Origin: an uncultured Acidobacteriota bacterium
Lineage (GTDB): Bacteria; Acidobacteriota; Vicinamibacteria; Vicinamibacterales; CAVVIG01
Direction: 5' to 3'
Length of the DNA: 64,000 nucleotides
Assembly: GCA_963724695.1 (NCBI GenBank)
Contig: CAVRVW010000008.1
Coordinates: 237,290 to 301,289, forward strand
In this document: in pieces, positions 63,074-64,000 of the stretch
How the letters are laid out: each line of letters starts with the position of its first letter
Numbering within the stretch: position 1 is the stretch's first letter
Position numbers and translations under genes: made by a program
The notes under the pieces: generated by a model
Told to the model about the DNA's origin: nothing
Seen by the model: only the letters and a program-made list of their open reading frames with translations
Database searches by the model: none

Positions 63074-63108
63074 TCCTTCGTAGTTCTTCCTTCTAAGTTC
63101 TAACTTCC
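63074..63108. repeat. Second copy of the TTCNNNN heptamer block
   Basis: tccttcgtagttcttccttctaagttctaacttcc. 63077-63108 is identical over 32 nt to 62654-62685. Confidence 0.9.
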
Positions 63109-63110
63109 GT

Positions 63111-64000
63111 CTAGAAGGTCAGTCTCATCCCCAGCTGCATGTCGCGCATGCCCCAGAAGTTCGAGTTGGCTGTCCGCGGGACCAGGTACCCGGCGTCCGG
63201 CCTGACCACCACGGTGGCGGCGTTCGCCACCGCATCGTAGCTGGAACTCGCCACGCCGAAGGCCGTGTCACCGAAGGTGCCGTAGTTCTCGGTGTTGAAG
63301 AGGTTGAAGACCTCCCACAGGACCTGCGCTCGGGCAGTACCGCCGAGCCGGAACTCCTTCGCCGCGCGGATGTCGAACGTCTTTCGGCCGGTCTGACGGT
63401 CGCTGTTGAAGCCCAGCCACGGGACAACGGTAGAGCCGCCCGTGCCGTTTGTGGTGCTCGAGAAGACCGAGCCCACCCCGGCGGCCAGCGATCCGCTGAG
63501 GCGCGCCGTCAGCGGGAGCCCCGATTCGAGCGTCAGGATGCCGCCGACGCCAATGCCCCACATGTAGTCGGGCTGGAAGTGGAAGCTCGTCACGAATCGG
63601 TGGCGCCGGTCGTTGTTCGAAGGCGTCATGGCGCTGTCCACGCCGTTCGCCCTCGCCGTCGGGGCGTCGTACGCCTGGTTGTTGCTGAAGAAGGTCGTCG
63701 AGGTCTGGCCGTTGTCCTCGGACTTCGCAAGAGTGTAGTTGGCGTTGAACAGCAGGCCGCGCGTGAAGCGTTGCCGCACCTCGAGCACGAGAGCGTTGTA
63801 GTCGGTGTCCACGGTCGACTCCATCACCGTGATGCGGCCGAAGTTCGTCGACAAGGCTACCGTCTTCTCGGGCGTGAAGTCGATGATGAAGAAATCCGGC
63901 CCGGCCAGCGGCACGGCGATGGCCTGCGCTTCCATCACGGCCAGCATGCGCGCGACATCGAAGGCGAAGCCGACCGCCGGACACTCGTAGCCGAAGCGTC
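63111..64000 (-). CDS. TonB-dependent outer-membrane receptor, C-terminal beta-barrel part (5' end beyond the window)
   Basis: The frame is open to the window edge. Alternating beta-strand pattern, NNDRRHRF and C-terminal ...DMQLGMRLTF with a terminal Phe. Confidence 0.75.
   Translation of the reverse strand, partial: RFGYECPAVGFAFDVARMLAVMEAQAIAVPLAGPDFFIIDFTPEKTVALSTNFGRITVMESTVDTDYNALVLEVRQRFTRGLLFNANYTLAKSEDNGQTSTTFFSNNQAYDAPTARANGVDSAMTPSNNDRRHRFVTSFHFQPDYMWGIGVGGILTLESGLPLTARLSGSLAAGVGSVFSSTTNGTGGSTVVPWLGFNSDRQTGRKTFDIRAAKEFRLGGTARAQVLWEVFNLFNTENYGTFGDTAFGVASSSYDAVANAATVVVRPDAGYLVPRTANSNFWGMRDMQLGMRLTF

Noticed and set aside
62654-63108. sugE as an insertion sequence, integron cassette or transposon
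   Set aside because: There is no transposase or integrase, no terminal inverted repeats typical of an IS, and no attC-like site. The flanking direct repeat is a member of the general spacer-repeat family. It is kept only as a recombination or cassette hypothesis in the findings.

Overview
GC-rich bacterial chromosomal segment. The gene content (carboxypeptidase-regulatory-like domains, TPR/HEAT lipoproteins, a TonB-dependent receptor) suggests an Acidobacteriota-like Gram-negative organism; this is inference only. The window is almost entirely housekeeping. It holds the end of the dcw cluster (ftsQ-ftsA-ftsZ), acpS/pgeF/rnhA, and dnaG-rpoD followed by a single tRNA-Met(CAT). It then runs through mutS2, larB, a processive GT2 synthase, citrate synthase, lepA-lepB, divIVA-yggS, a DinG/XPD-like helicase, glyA-rpiB and rlmI. 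Next come a TPP riboswitch with thiC, htpX, a ClpA/C-type AAA+ protein, and an envelope block (radical SAM, two polytopic GT-like membrane proteins, an NAD epimerase, lptD). The rest is folC-accD-deoxynucleoside kinase, a HEAT/cyclophilin lipoprotein, tgt-yajC-secD-secF, uppP, an H+-pyrophosphatase, tonB-exbB-exbD-exbD, sugE and a partial TonB-dependent receptor. I saw no rRNA, CRISPR array, transposase, integrase, phage genes or recognisable defence system.

Two signals are not explained by ordinary annotation. (1) Nearly every longer intergenic spacer is built from AT-richer tandem arrays of 7-nt units (some 8-9 nt). They are often arranged as inverted pairs starting right at stop codons, and resemble the cyanobacterial STRR heptanucleotide repeats. 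(2) Eleven reading-frame breaks, all in the same direction (+1 nt), hit six conserved genes: rpoD, mutS2, accD x3, a deoxynucleoside kinase x2, the HEAT-cyclophilin gene x2 and hppA x2. Seven of them fall within 2.1 kb. These are most likely insertion errors in the assembly, and they would be remarkable if real.

Smaller items: a promoter-to-terminator unit encoding a structured ~220-nt RNA plus a 16-codon polybasic micro-ORF; an endostatin-like secreted protein; a sugE gene bracketed by a perfect 32-nt direct repeat; and convergent CDS tails encoded by an inverted octamer array.
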